From NCBI GenBank assembly GCA_024405635.1, contig JAKSOL010000001.1, forward strand, positions 64,001-128,000: a stretch of 64,000 nucleotides of DNA. The letters are read 5' to 3'. Both the position numbers and the translations under genes were made by a program. Positions 46,185 through 57,413 of the stretch are shown here, in pieces. Numbering within the stretch: position 1 is the stretch's first letter; every line of letters starts with the position of its first letter. The notes below the pieces were generated by a model that was not told where the DNA came from, ran no database searches, and worked only from the letters and a program-made list of their open reading frames with translations. Origin of the DNA: Salinivirgaceae bacterium. GTDB lineage: Bacteria; Bacteroidota; Bacteroidia; Bacteroidales; SZUA-534.

Positions 46185-47159
46185 TTATTCAAATTTGTAC
46201 TCGTCAATATTGCGGAATCCACACAAAAATTCGGCAACATTCATTCGTTTTTTACCTGCAATTTGCAAACTGCTTATCGAAATGGAGCCGCCGTTTACAA
46301 ATACGTCAATTTTGTTTTTGTGGTTGGTTTCAATGGTGCCGTTAGTTTTTCCGTGGTTACATTCGGTAAACTTGGCTTCAAATATTTTAACCGAAACCGA
46401 TTCTCCATTTTGAGAACGAAGTAACGACCACGCTGCTGGATAAGGACTTAATCCGCGAATTTTGTTTATGATGCGTGAGGGCTCATCGTTCCAGTCAATT
46501 TGGCAATCTTCTTTAAATATTTTAGGTGCGGGTTTAAGTTCGGTATTTGGTGCAACCATTTCGCTTTGAGGCGTTTCGGTGTAGTTTTCGCTCATTACAG
46601 CATCAAGAGTTTTAAGCAACAATGGACCACTGCGGTACATTAGTTTGTCGTGCAAGGTACCTGCATTGTCGTCGGGAGTTATTTCAACTCGGTCGCAAAA
46701 TAGAACGTTGCCTGTATCAATTTCGTGTTTCAGAAAGAAAGTTGTTATGCCGCTTTCTTTTTCTCCGTTTATAATTGCCCAGTTGATAGGCGCTGCGCCG
46801 CGATAGTTTGGTAGTATTGACGCATGAATGTTTATTGAGCCAAGTTTTGGCATCGACCAAATGCTTTCAGGTAACATTCTGAATGCTACAATTATCTGAA
46901 TGTCAGCATTTAGAGCTTTTAATTCTGAATAAAAAGTTTCGTCTTTTAACTTGTCGGGTTGCAGAATAGGTATGTTTAGGGTTTTGGCATATTGTTTAAC
47001 AGCACTTTCGCTTAATTTTTGGCCTCTGCCAGCAGGTTTGTCTGGTGTTGTTACAACTCCAACTACATTAAAATTATTGTCAACCAGAGTTTTAAGTCCC
47101 TCAACTGCAAACTCGGGTGTACCCATAAATACTATTCGTAAATTTTCTTTTGTGTACAT
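46185..47159 (-). CDS. fmt: Methionyl-tRNA formyltransferase
   Basis: FMGTPEFA, PDKPAGRG and NIHASILPNYRGAAPINW motifs. Confidence 0.97.
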   Translation of the reverse strand: MYTKENLRIVFMGTPEFAVEGLKTLVDNNFNVVGVVTTPDKPAGRGQKLSESAVKQYAKTLNIPILQPDKLKDETFYSELKALNADIQIIVAFRMLPESIWSMPKLGSINIHASILPNYRGAAPINWAIINGEKESGITTFFLKHEIDTGNVLFCDRVEITPDDNAGTLHDKLMYRSGPLLLKTLDAVMSENYTETPQSEMVAPNTELKPAPKIFKEDCQIDWNDEPSRIINKIRGLSPYPAAWSLLRSQNGESVSVKIFEAKFTECNHGKTNGTIETNHKNKIDVFVNGGSISISSLQIAGKKRMNVAEFLCGFRNIDEYKFE

Positions 47160-47219
47160 AAATGTGTATAAATAAATAAGGCTGCGCAAGGCAGCCTTAA
47201 ATTTTTGAGTTATAGTAAG

Positions 47220-48629
47220 TTAGGCTTTTTCAAAGCATCTAACCCAATCAATTTGCATTTTTGATGGTAAGTTATCGGCTTCGTGCATTAAACCTGCCGA
47301 AAGCACAATGTAAAGTGGCTCGTTTGGTAGTACGTTGCTTGATGTTAGAACCTCAACTCCGTTCACTTTCCAAGTTATTTGCTTTTGGTCCCACTCAATG
47401 CTATAAATAAAGAAGTCTTTACTCAAAGCTTTGCCACCAAATTTTGTTCCAACGGTGTTTTTGCCATCGTAAGCCGACATTTGCATTTGACCGTTTTTGC
47501 CAACATTGTATTTAAAAATGTCGATTTGTGGGGTGATTTTTTCGCCTTTCAACCAAAATGCTTGATAAACAGGAGCTTCTGCGTCAATTTTGATTTTGGC
47601 CTCAAAGCGACCGCATTTTTGACGGAACACTTGCGCTGTGTTTATCATTCCCGATGTGTAATCAAATTCGCGTTGAATAAATCCGGCTTTTTCGTTCCAA
47701 ACTTTGCCTGTAGCTTTCTCCTTTTTGGTTACTATTTTCAAAACCGAGTTGTCAATTTCAAAGTTTTTGCCGTCGGTGTGAACTTGTTTTTCGCCGTTGA
47801 TAACATAACTATCGTTTATGCCCATTTTGCCCCAAAGGAAACTATTCATCCATTTGCTATCGTCAACTTTGGCTGCTGTAAAATCGTCTTCAAAGGTTAA
47901 TTTCCAAGCGTTTAGTTGGTCAAATTTGTTTGAGTCAACAACCGATTTAAACCATTTAATGTTGGCCGAGTTGAGTAATTCGTTGTATTGTTGCTCTTTT
48001 TTGGCCTCATCGGTTTTGCTGTATTTGTCTTTGTCAAGCAAATAGGCTTTTTCTTGTGCAAACTCGGCAGAGTTTATTTTTGTTTCAAGTTCGGCCAATT
48101 CGGTTAACATACTCGACTCTTTCGTGCGCAAGTATTGTTGGTATTTGCCTTTTTGGCTGAATTTGTGGTAGAATTTAATGTCGGCGTCTTTGCTCAAAAT
48201 TTTTAGTTCGCCATCAAGGTCAGCCTCTGGTTGAGCTTGTTTTAGAGCTGCCATATTTTTGCTAAGGTCGTTAAAGCGAGCCAATTTTTCTGAAGTCTCA
48301 ACTTGTTGCAAGTGTTTAAGTTCTTGCGAGTTAAGCACCTTGAAATAGTTTACTATGTTTTTGTCTTTCTTTAAAGATTTGTAGCGCAATTCGGCTTTCT
48401 CAATGTCGGAGCCTTTGTAGATTTTTGCAGATAAGTCAGCCTTTAGCTTTTTCAGTTCGGCTGAATTTGCAAATTGACTCAGTTCGTTGAATGCTTTTAG
48501 CTCGTCGGAGTTTTTGTACTCGTTAAGTTTTTGATATTCAGCAACTAAATCATTGTACTGTCCTTCAACTTTTTCGGTTTTTGGAAGTAGGCCCAAGGCC
48601 AAGCGTAGTGCGAAACTAAAATTTGCCAT
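47220..48629 (-). CDS. Coiled-coil protein with C-terminal GH16-like domain lacking catalytic glutamates
   Basis: WKLTFEDDF, YTSGMI, GRFEAKIK, AFWL, QIDIFK (versus EIDxxE) and IDWVRC; no signal peptide. Confidence 0.8.
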   Translation of the reverse strand: MANFSFALRLALGLLPKTEKVEGQYNDLVAEYQKLNEYKNSDELKAFNELSQFANSAELKKLKADLSAKIYKGSDIEKAELRYKSLKKDKNIVNYFKVLNSQELKHLQQVETSEKLARFNDLSKNMAALKQAQPEADLDGELKILSKDADIKFYHKFSQKGKYQQYLRTKESSMLTELAELETKINSAEFAQEKAYLLDKDKYSKTDEAKKEQQYNELLNSANIKWFKSVVDSNKFDQLNAWKLTFEDDFTAAKVDDSKWMNSFLWGKMGINDSYVINGEKQVHTDGKNFEIDNSVLKIVTKKEKATGKVWNEKAGFIQREFDYTSGMINTAQVFRQKCGRFEAKIKIDAEAPVYQAFWLKGEKITPQIDIFKYNVGKNGQMQMSAYDGKNTVGTKFGGKALSKDFFIYSIEWDQKQITWKVNGVEVLTSSNVLPNEPLYIVLSAGLMHEADNLPSKMQIDWVRCFEKA

Positions 48630-48740
48630 CTATTTATTCATTTTACGAAACGCAAATATAGAAATTTACAATGCTATAGGGCAATTGTGTACAAGTTTTT
48701 ATTTGCGTAGTTGCACAATTAAATGTTGTCTTTTGGTTGC

Positions 48741-49175
48741 CTATTTTCTGCTGTATTGCTCTTCAAGTTGGTTAAATTGTCGCAGGCGTTTTACCAATGG
48801 CACAAGCATCAGTTTCCATAGGGCAGGTTTGGCGTTAAGTACCGATTCAAGTTTGTCGGCGCTTAGCTCAAAGCACAGCACATCGGTGAGCGCAGTTGCG
48901 CTAGTTGATCGGGTGCCTCCGTCAATCAATGCGTATTCGCCCATAATTTGTCCGCGACCAAGTGTTGCAAATACGTGTTCGTTGTGGTGTATGCTCACTT
49001 TGCCGTCAATAAGTATGTACATTGAATCGCCTTTGTCGCCTGCCGAAAAAATTAGCGTGCTGCAAGGTATCTTTTTGAGTGTCAGGTTACTTGCTAAAAA
49101 TTGAAGGCTATTTGAGTCGAAGTTGTTGAATATGTCAATGCTTCGAAGTGTGTTTACCATTTTGTCAAATTCCAT
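48741..49175 (-). CDS. Stand-alone cyclic nucleotide-binding domain protein
   Basis: IFSAGDKGDSMYILIDGKV and GEYALIDGGTRSTSA motifs. Confidence 0.9.
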   Translation of the reverse strand: MEFDKMVNTLRSIDIFNNFDSNSLQFLASNLTLKKIPCSTLIFSAGDKGDSMYILIDGKVSIHHNEHVFATLGRGQIMGEYALIDGGTRSTSATALTDVLCFELSADKLESVLNAKPALWKLMLVPLVKRLRQFNQLEEQYSRK

Positions 49176-49356
49176 AGCCAAAGTTGTTGGTTGTAAATGT
49201 TTGATTTGTTGCTAAATGTAGTACAAATGCAAAAAAAATGTGCTTGCATTGTGCGGTTTTTCAGTAGTGTTTATGCGGTAATAATTGTTGTATGTTACGC
49301 TCACACTATTGTTTTTGCACTATTTTAGAGCAAAATTTTTAATTGTTTGGCGCATT

Positions 49357-51387
49357 ATGAATGTTCCTAAAATTGTTCAAAACGATCCATGGTTAAGTCC
49401 ATTTAGTTCCATTATCACAAAACGAATGTCGAACTATTGTGAAACTTACGATCGATTGCTAAAAAACCAAAGTTCGTTGCTCGATTTTGCTAATGGGCAC
49501 TTGTTTTATGGCTGTTTTTGTAATGGCGATACAACAACCTTGCGCGAGCGTTTGCCAAATGCCACCGAGGTTTATTTAATTGGCGATTTTAATAACTGGC
49601 AAGCCACCCCCGAGTATAAACTTAAAAATATTGGTGGCGGCAATTGGGAAATAACATTGCCAGCTAGCGTGTTTGGTCATTTGAGCCTTTATCGACTTAA
49701 GGTTTGTTGGAAAGGCGGCAATGGCGAACGCATTCCTGCTTGGGCTAGGCGAGTGGTTCAGAACGAAAAAACAGCAATTTTTAGCGCACAAGTTTGGGCT
49801 CCATTGCAGCCGCATCAGTGGCAAGTAACCGACCAATTGCCAAATGCCGAACCATTTATTTACGAGGCTCACATTGGCATGGCTGGTGAAAAAATGGGAG
49901 TGTCAACTTTTGCTGAATTTCGCCAAAACGTGTTGCCTCGCATACAAAAATTGGGATATAACGTAGTTCAACTAATGGCCATTCACGAGCATCCATACTA
50001 CGGCTCGTTTGGTTACCACGTGTCAAGCTTTTTTGCGCCATCGTCGCGATTTGGTACCCCAGAGGAACTTAAAGCCTTGGTTGACGATTGCCATTCGCGC
50101 GGCATACGTGTTGTTATGGATTTGGTTCATTCTCATGCAGTTAAAAACATTAACGAGGGCTTGGGCCTATACGACGGAACTCGTTATCAGTTTTTTCACG
50201 AGGGCGAGCGTGGCGAGCATCCAGCTTGGGACTCGTTTTGCTTTAATTATGCCAACGATAATGTGCTGCATTTCCTTTTGTCAAACATTAAATATTGGTT
50301 AACCGAATTCCACTTCGATGGTTTCCGTTTCGATGGTGTAACCAGTATGATTTATTACAACCACGGACTAGGCAATAACTATACATCGTACGAGCAATAC
50401 TTTGATGGCACGCAAGACGATGATGCTATTACGTATCTAAAATTGGCCAATAAACTTATTAAGGAGGTAAATCCTAATGCCATTTCAATTGCCGAGGAAA
50501 TGAGTGGATATCCAGGTTTGGCAGCACCAATTGCCGATGGCGGTTTAGGTTTCGATTTTAGGCTTGCAATGGGTGTGCCCGACATGTGGATTAAAATTCT
50601 AAAAGAACAAACCGACGATAGTTGGGACCTTGGTCATATTTATCATGAACTTACATCGAAACGCGACGACGAGCGTGTGATTTCGTATGCCGAAAGCCAC
50701 GACCAAGCTCTTGTTGGCGACAAAACCATAGCCTTTTGGCTTATGGACAAGGAGATGTACTTCAACATGATGGTTGATTCGCAAAACTTGCAAATTGACC
50801 GTGGTATGGCTTTGCACAAAATGATTCGTTTGCTCACAGCATCAACAGCAGGTGGTGGTTATTTGAACTTTATGGGTAACGAATTTGGCCACCCCGAGTG
50901 GATCGATTTTCCTCGCGAGGGCAATAACTGGTCGTACCAATATGCACGCAGACAATGGAGCCTTGTCGACCGAAAAGACCTTAAATATCAGTATCTTAAC
51001 GAGTTTGACTTGGCAATGGTTCATTTGTTGCGACAATATAATGTGCTTGGCATATTCCCATTTTATGCGCAGCAGGTTAATCAACAAAACAAGGTCATGG
51101 CCTTTACTCGTGGCGATTTGTTGTTTGTATTCAACTTTAATTCAACCGAAAGTTTTACCAACTACGGCGTTCCTGTAATTCCAGGCAAATACAAAATTTT
51201 GATGGATACCGATGAACAACGTTTTGGCGGTTTTGGCCGAATTGACCACAATATGTTATATATGACCGCTGCTGGAGGCGAAAGCAAAACTGCAAATCTT
51301 AACCTTTATTTGCCATCTCGCACAGCAATTATTCTTCAACGCCAAGCAATTCCAAGTGTTTATCAACGACTAACAAAAAAGAAATGA
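49357..51387 (+). CDS. glgB: 1,4-alpha-glucan branching enzyme (GH13_8-type)
   Basis: IYEAHIG, YYGSFGYHV, MDLVHSH, FDGFRFDGVTSM, IAEE and YAESHDQ motifs. Confidence 0.95.
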   Translation: MNVPKIVQNDPWLSPFSSIITKRMSNYCETYDRLLKNQSSLLDFANGHLFYGCFCNGDTTTLRERLPNATEVYLIGDFNNWQATPEYKLKNIGGGNWEITLPASVFGHLSLYRLKVCWKGGNGERIPAWARRVVQNEKTAIFSAQVWAPLQPHQWQVTDQLPNAEPFIYEAHIGMAGEKMGVSTFAEFRQNVLPRIQKLGYNVVQLMAIHEHPYYGSFGYHVSSFFAPSSRFGTPEELKALVDDCHSRGIRVVMDLVHSHAVKNINEGLGLYDGTRYQFFHEGERGEHPAWDSFCFNYANDNVLHFLLSNIKYWLTEFHFDGFRFDGVTSMIYYNHGLGNNYTSYEQYFDGTQDDDAITYLKLANKLIKEVNPNAISIAEEMSGYPGLAAPIADGGLGFDFRLAMGVPDMWIKILKEQTDDSWDLGHIYHELTSKRDDERVISYAESHDQALVGDKTIAFWLMDKEMYFNMMVDSQNLQIDRGMALHKMIRLLTASTAGGGYLNFMGNEFGHPEWIDFPREGNNWSYQYARRQWSLVDRKDLKYQYLNEFDLAMVHLLRQYNVLGIFPFYAQQVNQQNKVMAFTRGDLLFVFNFNSTESFTNYGVPVIPGKYKILMDTDEQRFGGFGRIDHNMLYMTAAGGESKTANLNLYLPSRTAIILQRQAIPSVYQRLTKKK

Positions 51388-53090
51388 GCTTAATATCAAT
51401 TTACCAAGTATTTACGCGTTTGGCAACCAACCATGTCAACTCGCCAGTTTATAACGGAACTATTGAGCAAAATGGAGTGGGCAAACTCAACGATTTTACT
51501 ACCGAGGTATTAAAAGAAATAAAAAAACTAGGAGTAACTCACGTGTGGTACACTGGTGTTATTGAACATGCACGATGCACTGCTAATGCCGAATGTGGCA
51601 TTGAAGGAGGCAACCCTCGTGTGATAAAAGGACGTGCAGGTTCGCCTTATGCTATTACTGACTATTACGACATTGACCCTGACCTTGCCGTGTCGGTGCC
51701 AAACCGCATGCAAGAGTTTGCTCGTTTGGTTAAACACACTCACGATGCAGGTTTAAAGGTGATTATTGATTTTGTTCCAAACCACGTATCGCGTCTTTAT
51801 AAATCCGATGTTTTTCCTGAGCGCGATTTTGGCAAAGATGACAACCCAGCATGGGCTTTTTCTATTAAAAACGACTTTTACTATATTGTAAATCAAGACC
51901 TTGTGCTGCCTGAAAATTCGGGCGCCGAAGTTGAGGGCAAAGAAAAACTTGCATTTTTCGAGTCTCCTGCAAAGGTTACTGGTAACAATCAGTTTTCGGC
52001 TTGGCCAACAATCGACGATTGGTACGAAACGGTTAAACTAAATTATGGCGTTGATTATCAGAATGGTGGAAAATGCTACTTTGTCCCTCAGCCATCGGTT
52101 TGGGGCAAAATGCTCGATATTCTGCTTTATTGGGCTAGCAAAGGAGTTGATGCTTTTCGCTGCGATATGGTTGAAATGACCCCAGTTGAGTTTTGGCAGT
52201 TTGCAATAGCCGAGGTTAATAAGCAATATCCAAACATTAAGTTTATAGCCGAGGTTTATAATCCATCAATGTATGCCGATTATGTTAAACGCGGCGGTTT
52301 TCATTATTTGTACGACAAAGTTGGACTTTACGACACTTTGCGTGCAATTGTGAGCAGCGATGCTCCTGCCTACAACCTTTCTGGTTGCTGGCAACGTTTG
52401 GGTGGATTGGATGCAAACATGGTTCGTTTTCTCGAAAATCACGATGAGCAGCGTGTTGCATCGCGCTTTTTCTCGCCCGATCCGCAAAAAGCTATTCCCG
52501 CAATGTTAGCATCGGCCACAATGAACCAAGGTGCTATTATGACATACTTTGGACAAGAAGTGGGCGAACCTGCACTTGGCAAAACAGGCTACAGCGGCGA
52601 CGATGGCCGCACTACTATTTTTGATTATTACAACGTTCCTGCTTTTCAAAAGTGGTACAACAACGGCAAACCATCGTATGCAAATTTAACCCCTGACCAG
52701 CAACTTTTGCGCGACCAATATGCTGAAATTCTGAATCTTGCCATTTCAGAACCATGTTTTACCAATGGCGCATTTTACGACATTATGTGGGTTAACAATC
52801 CCGAATGTGGTGTTGATAACACTCGCATCTTTGCTTATTTGCGTTACACAGCAACAGAGGCAATGCTAGTGGTGCTAACATTTAATGGCGACAAACAACT
52901 TAACTTTAATATACGAATACCCGAGCACGCATGGAATGCTATGGGAGTTAGCCTTGCTTCGGCAGTAAAATTGAAACCGGTTTTGGGCATTGCTCAACCG
53001 TTTGATGCTAGTGTAGGTCAACTTATATACAATGGTTTACCAATGCAAATGCAGCCATCGAGTGGAGTGGTGTTCCGCGTTGTGTGGTAG
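51384..53090 (+). CDS. Alpha-amylase family glycoside hydrolase (GH13)
   Basis: GSPYAITDYY, IDFVPNH, FRCDM, IAEVY and FLENHDEQR motifs. Confidence 0.93.
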   Translation: MSLISIYQVFTRLATNHVNSPVYNGTIEQNGVGKLNDFTTEVLKEIKKLGVTHVWYTGVIEHARCTANAECGIEGGNPRVIKGRAGSPYAITDYYDIDPDLAVSVPNRMQEFARLVKHTHDAGLKVIIDFVPNHVSRLYKSDVFPERDFGKDDNPAWAFSIKNDFYYIVNQDLVLPENSGAEVEGKEKLAFFESPAKVTGNNQFSAWPTIDDWYETVKLNYGVDYQNGGKCYFVPQPSVWGKMLDILLYWASKGVDAFRCDMVEMTPVEFWQFAIAEVNKQYPNIKFIAEVYNPSMYADYVKRGGFHYLYDKVGLYDTLRAIVSSDAPAYNLSGCWQRLGGLDANMVRFLENHDEQRVASRFFSPDPQKAIPAMLASATMNQGAIMTYFGQEVGEPALGKTGYSGDDGRTTIFDYYNVPAFQKWYNNGKPSYANLTPDQQLLRDQYAEILNLAISEPCFTNGAFYDIMWVNNPECGVDNTRIFAYLRYTATEAMLVVLTFNGDKQLNFNIRIPEHAWNAMGVSLASAVKLKPVLGIAQPFDASVGQLIYNGLPMQMQPSSGVVFRVVW

Positions 53091-53114
53091 GTTTGAGTAT
53101 TTGCTTTAATAAAC

Positions 53115-53151
53115 AAAAACGGGAATCTTTATTCAAAGGTTCCCGTTTTTT
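53115..53151. terminator. Bidirectional intrinsic terminator
   Basis: aaaaacgggaa...ttcccgttttt. Confidence 0.8.
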
Positions 53152-53175
53152 ATTTTAAAGCTGTTATGCAATAAA

Positions 53176-55497
53176 CTATTTTCCGGCTGCCGAGGTTCCG
53201 CCTGAATTTTCGCTATTGTTGTTGATGCGTTTGTAATCTGAACTGTTGTGCTTTTTGCCCCAATTGACTTTATAATTCACTTTTACCAAAAATACATTTT
53301 CGGCCATGTTGCTACGAATACTGCGTTTGTATCCAGCCAATTGGTTGCGGTTTTCGCTGTCAACTTTCCATGTCGATAGAAAAGGATTTAAGCAACTTGC
53401 TGTTACTGTCCATTGCTTGTTTATGCGGTAGTCAAGCGACAAAAGATTAACAAACTCGTTGCCCTCCATTGTTTCGCCATAAAATGAGTTGTGTGGCAGT
53501 TGGGTTAACCATTGCAAAGTGAAATCGTAGTGCGATAGTTCGGCCGAAATTGTGCCAGCAAAATTGTCGAATGTGTGCGAGTAGTTGTTACCAATTGAGT
53601 AGGTGTGTAAGTAGCGCACGTTTCCACCAACCGATAGCCAGTCTTTAATCAACTCGGCGCGTGCACTTAAACTATATTTTGTTGAGTGAAGAGCCTTTTG
53701 ATTAGCCGACGAACTGATTATTTGAGTGTGGTCGTCGTTCCAACGTTTTTCTTCCATTATAGGTTTCCATACATGCGAATACGAAACTCCAACTTTTACG
53801 TAAAGGCGATTGGTGTTGTAGTCTTGTTCGGTTGCAATGTTCAATCCGATGTAGTTTTTTAGGTTTGAGTTACCTGTCGACGACTGGTAAGCATCAACTT
53901 GTTGCTCAACTTGGCTTAACTGTCCAATGCTTGGTGTGCGGTTAAAAACTTCGCTTGTAAGGTTAAAGTTGGCTTTGTTTGACCATCGCCAATGATAGCG
54001 AACTCGTGGTTGTACAATGGTTGAACTAATGCGGTCAATGCCTTCCATTTTGGTAAAATTGTGGTTCACGGCCAAACCAGCAGTCAAATCCATGTTGTTG
54101 GCAATGTTGTACATTCCCTCCACAAATGCGTATGTAAAGCCCGATTGTGTGTTAACGGTTGTGTCGTTCAACATTTTGTATATAGTTTCGGTATGCGCCA
54201 AATTTTGTTTAACGCCAACAGTGATGCGGCCTTTTTCAAAACCTTTCTCGTAATCAACTTCGCCATTAAATTTTAGTTGAGGTTCGGTTATTTCTGTGGC
54301 GGTGCTAAATGTGTAGTAGTATGCCGAATCGATGCTATTTTCGTTGTAAGTGCGCGCTGAACTACTTTTATACCAGTTTCCGTTGGCACTAACAATAATC
54401 ATTTGGTCGTTTTTCAGTTTTCGGTGGTAGTAAATATTTCCCCACGAATTGATAATTTTTGAATTATTGTGGTCTTGCGCAAATGTTCTATAATTTGACA
54501 TGTTACTACTAATAATGCCATTGTAGTGTTGCGTAGATTTGTTACCGCCAATGCCACCGCTTACCGATAGTAATTGAAGCGAATCGGTGATGCTATATTC
54601 CAAATAACCACCCAAATTCTGATTGTTTAATTTGCCTTTTTGTCCGTCTTCTTTGCGAATAAGATACGAACCGTCGGCGTTTTGATATTTTTCTTCGTTG
54701 ATGCGGTAAAGGTTTAGCTTTTGGCGGTTCATGTCCCACAAATTAAAACTCAATGCCGATTTGCCTTTAAATACCTCTATTTCTCCCCAACAATCGTTAA
54801 AGTACAAGTTGTTTAGTGCCTGATTATGTTGAACCACAGCATTTCCACCGCCATCGGGATTTTCAACAATAAAATCGATAACAGCCTTTGCATCGCCCCA
54901 ACGCATCGATGGTTTGTCGTGATACTCAACACGTTTAATGTTATTGGGGTCGATGGCTCTAATTTGCTCAGCATTTACAGGTCGTCCGTTGATGCAGAGG
55001 GTAACGTTTCCGTTGTCGGCCAACGAAATTGATCCATCTACTTTGTTTACAAACACATCGGGAATCTTCAGTTTCGAAAGGAAATCGGTGCCGTTTGTGC
55101 ATCGTGCTGCCATTCCTTCTTTTGGTACATAAAGTTGGCGGTCACTTTTGGTTATTATGCTTGGAGCTTCAATGGTAATCTCGTCAAGGTTTTGGGCATC
55201 GTTGTTCATAACAATGTCGCCAATGTTGCCAATGCTTGTTTCAATGGTTTTGGTTTGGTATCCAACTGAACTGAATCGCAAAATTGATTTGGGCTCGCTG
55301 CTTGCTATTACAAAATTGCCCTCAAAATCTGTTGTGGTTCCAGTTATTATGCTCGAGTCGGTTTGATTTAGCAACGCTACGGTTACAAATTCAAGAGGTT
55401 GCGCATTTTCGTCAACCACACGTCCCTTAATTTCGTTCTTTGCTGAAAGTTGAATACTTACAGCAGTCATAATTAAAAATGATAATAAGCGTTTCAT
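53176..55497 (-). CDS. Outer membrane beta-barrel / TonB-dependent receptor-like protein with N-terminal carboxypeptidase-regulatory-like domain
   Basis: IKGRVVDENAQPLEFVTV, FSSVGY, plug INGRP...IKRVEY and GNSNLK motifs. Confidence 0.8.
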   Translation of the reverse strand: MKRLLSFLIMTAVSIQLSAKNEIKGRVVDENAQPLEFVTVALLNQTDSSIITGTTTDFEGNFVIASSEPKSILRFSSVGYQTKTIETSIGNIGDIVMNNDAQNLDEITIEAPSIITKSDRQLYVPKEGMAARCTNGTDFLSKLKIPDVFVNKVDGSISLADNGNVTLCINGRPVNAEQIRAIDPNNIKRVEYHDKPSMRWGDAKAVIDFIVENPDGGGNAVVQHNQALNNLYFNDCWGEIEVFKGKSALSFNLWDMNRQKLNLYRINEEKYQNADGSYLIRKEDGQKGKLNNQNLGGYLEYSITDSLQLLSVSGGIGGNKSTQHYNGIISSNMSNYRTFAQDHNNSKIINSWGNIYYHRKLKNDQMIIVSANGNWYKSSSARTYNENSIDSAYYYTFSTATEITEPQLKFNGEVDYEKGFEKGRITVGVKQNLAHTETIYKMLNDTTVNTQSGFTYAFVEGMYNIANNMDLTAGLAVNHNFTKMEGIDRISSTIVQPRVRYHWRWSNKANFNLTSEVFNRTPSIGQLSQVEQQVDAYQSSTGNSNLKNYIGLNIATEQDYNTNRLYVKVGVSYSHVWKPIMEEKRWNDDHTQIISSSANQKALHSTKYSLSARAELIKDWLSVGGNVRYLHTYSIGNNYSHTFDNFAGTISAELSHYDFTLQWLTQLPHNSFYGETMEGNEFVNLLSLDYRINKQWTVTASCLNPFLSTWKVDSENRNQLAGYKRSIRSNMAENVFLVKVNYKVNWGKKHNSSDYKRINNNSENSGGTSAAGK

Positions 55498-55650
55498 TTT
55501 AAGTTTTAGTTTGGTGATTTTTAATTCTGAACTAATGACTTTTGCTGAATTAAAATGTTACACACAAACGATTATTTTTTTTTTTGAAAGCACTCTTATC
55601 TTTTTGCCAAAGTGTTGATTATTAGACTGTAAAGACGATTGCTTATAAAC

Positions 55651-55682
55651 AAAAAATCCGCCCCGAATTGAGGCGGATTTTT
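55651..55682 (-). terminator. Intrinsic terminator after the fumarase gene
   Basis: aaaaatccgcc...ggcggattttt. Confidence 0.8.
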
Positions 55683-55704
55683 AGTGCTATTTATTTGGTA
55701 ACTG

Positions 55705-57357
55705 TTATTTCAAAATTGTGCAACCTGGATTTGGTTGTAGTTGTTTGAAAAAGTCGTTGCCTTTGTCGTCAACCAAGATAAATGCAGGGAAGTTTTCAAC
55801 TTCGATTTTCCAAATGGCTTCCATTCCAAGTTCTGGATACTCAACACATTCAATTGATTTGATGTTGTTTTGAGCCAAGATGGCAGCTGGACCACCAATT
55901 GAACCAAGGTAGAAACCACCATGATCTTTACATGCATTAGTAACGTCGATTGAACGGTTACCTTTTGCCAACATAATCATTGATCCTCCGTTGTCTTGGA
56001 ACTCGTAAACGTAAGGGTCCATACGTCCAGCGGTGGTTGGGCCCATTGAACCGCATGCCATACCAGCAGGAGTTTTAGCAGGACCAGCATAGTAAATAGG
56101 GTGGTCTTTCAAATATTGTGGCATGCCTTCGCCAGCATCCAAGCGAGCTTTAATTTTAGCGTGTGCAATATCGCGACCTACAATGATAGTACCATTCAAA
56201 CTTAAGCGGGTGCCGATTGGGTATTTGGTTAAAATTTTGCAAACATCAGCCATTGGTTGATTCAAGTCGATTTTAACAGCGTCGCCTTCGCCAGCATTGC
56301 GCAATTCTTCTGGAATGAGTTCGTATGGTTTGTCGTCCATCTTTTCAATCCAAATACCGTCTTTATTGATTTTAGCTTTAATGTTACGGTCGGCTGAGCA
56401 ACTTACACCCAAACCAATAGGGCAACTAGCACCGTGGCGAGGTAAACGAACTACGCGAACGTCGTGTGCCATGTATTTGCCTCCAAATTGAGCGCCCAAA
56501 CCAATTTTGTAAGCCTCTTGAAGCAATTGCTTTTCAAGTTCAATGTCGCGGAATGCGCGGCCAGTTTCGTCGCCAGTTGTTGGAAGCGAATCGTAGTAGT
56601 GAGTTGACGCCAACTTAACTGTAAGCAAGTTCTTTTCGGCTGAAGTACCACCAATAACAATTGCAATGTGATATGGAGGGCAAGCTGCAGTACCCAAACT
56701 CTTCATTTTTTCAACCAAAAAAGGAATAAGAGTGCCAGGGTTTTGTATGCGAGCTTTGGTTTCTTGATACAAGTATGTTTTGTTTGCCGAACCGCCGCCT
56801 TTGGTTACGCAAAGAAAACGATATTCCATGCCTTGAGTAGCCTCAATGTCAATTTGAGCAGGAAGGTTGCATTTTGTGTTAACCTCGTTGTACATATCAA
56901 GTGGCGCATTTTGGCTATAGCGAAGGTTTTCTTCGGTGTATGTTTTGTAAACGCCTTTTGCAATGGCTTCTTCATCTTCAAATCCAGTCCAAACTTGTTG
57001 TCCTTTTTCGCCGTGAACAATAGCGGTACCAGTGTCTTGGCAAAGAGGTAGTTTTCCTTTTGCGGCAATTTCGGCATTGCGTAAGAAGGTAAGTGCTACA
57101 TATTTATCGTTGTCAGAAGCCTCTGGGTCGCGAAGAATTTTAGCTACTTGTTCGTTGTGTGAGCGGCGAAGCAAGAAACTAACATCGCGAAAAGCTGCGT
57201 TGGTCATTTTTGTAAGTGCCTCTTCTGTTACTTTAAGGATTGGTTTTCCTTCAAATTCGCTAACAGAAACACCCTCTTTGGTTAAGAGGTAGTATTCGGT
57301 ATCGTCTTTGCCCAATTGGAACATTGGGGCGTACTTAAACTCTGGTATTGTTGCCAT
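55705..57357 (-). CDS. fumA: Fumarate hydratase class I (Fe-S)
   Basis: [34 protein letters not shown] and GPTTAGRMD motifs. Confidence 0.93.
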   Translation of the reverse strand: MATIPEFKYAPMFQLGKDDTEYYLLTKEGVSVSEFEGKPILKVTEEALTKMTNAAFRDVSFLLRRSHNEQVAKILRDPEASDNDKYVALTFLRNAEIAAKGKLPLCQDTGTAIVHGEKGQQVWTGFEDEEAIAKGVYKTYTEENLRYSQNAPLDMYNEVNTKCNLPAQIDIEATQGMEYRFLCVTKGGGSANKTYLYQETKARIQNPGTLIPFLVEKMKSLGTAACPPYHIAIVIGGTSAEKNLLTVKLASTHYYDSLPTTGDETGRAFRDIELEKQLLQEAYKIGLGAQFGGKYMAHDVRVVRLPRHGASCPIGLGVSCSADRNIKAKINKDGIWIEKMDDKPYELIPEELRNAGEGDAVKIDLNQPMADVCKILTKYPIGTRLSLNGTIIVGRDIAHAKIKARLDAGEGMPQYLKDHPIYYAGPAKTPAGMACGSMGPTTAGRMDPYVYEFQDNGGSMIMLAKGNRSIDVTNACKDHGGFYLGSIGGPAAILAQNNIKSIECVEYPELGMEAIWKIEVENFPAFILVDDKGNDFFKQLQPNPGCTILK

Positions 57358-57413
57358 AGTAGTATTTATTTTTGTGTTAAAATTTGCTGCGAATGTAGTG
57401 AAAAGCCTTGGTA

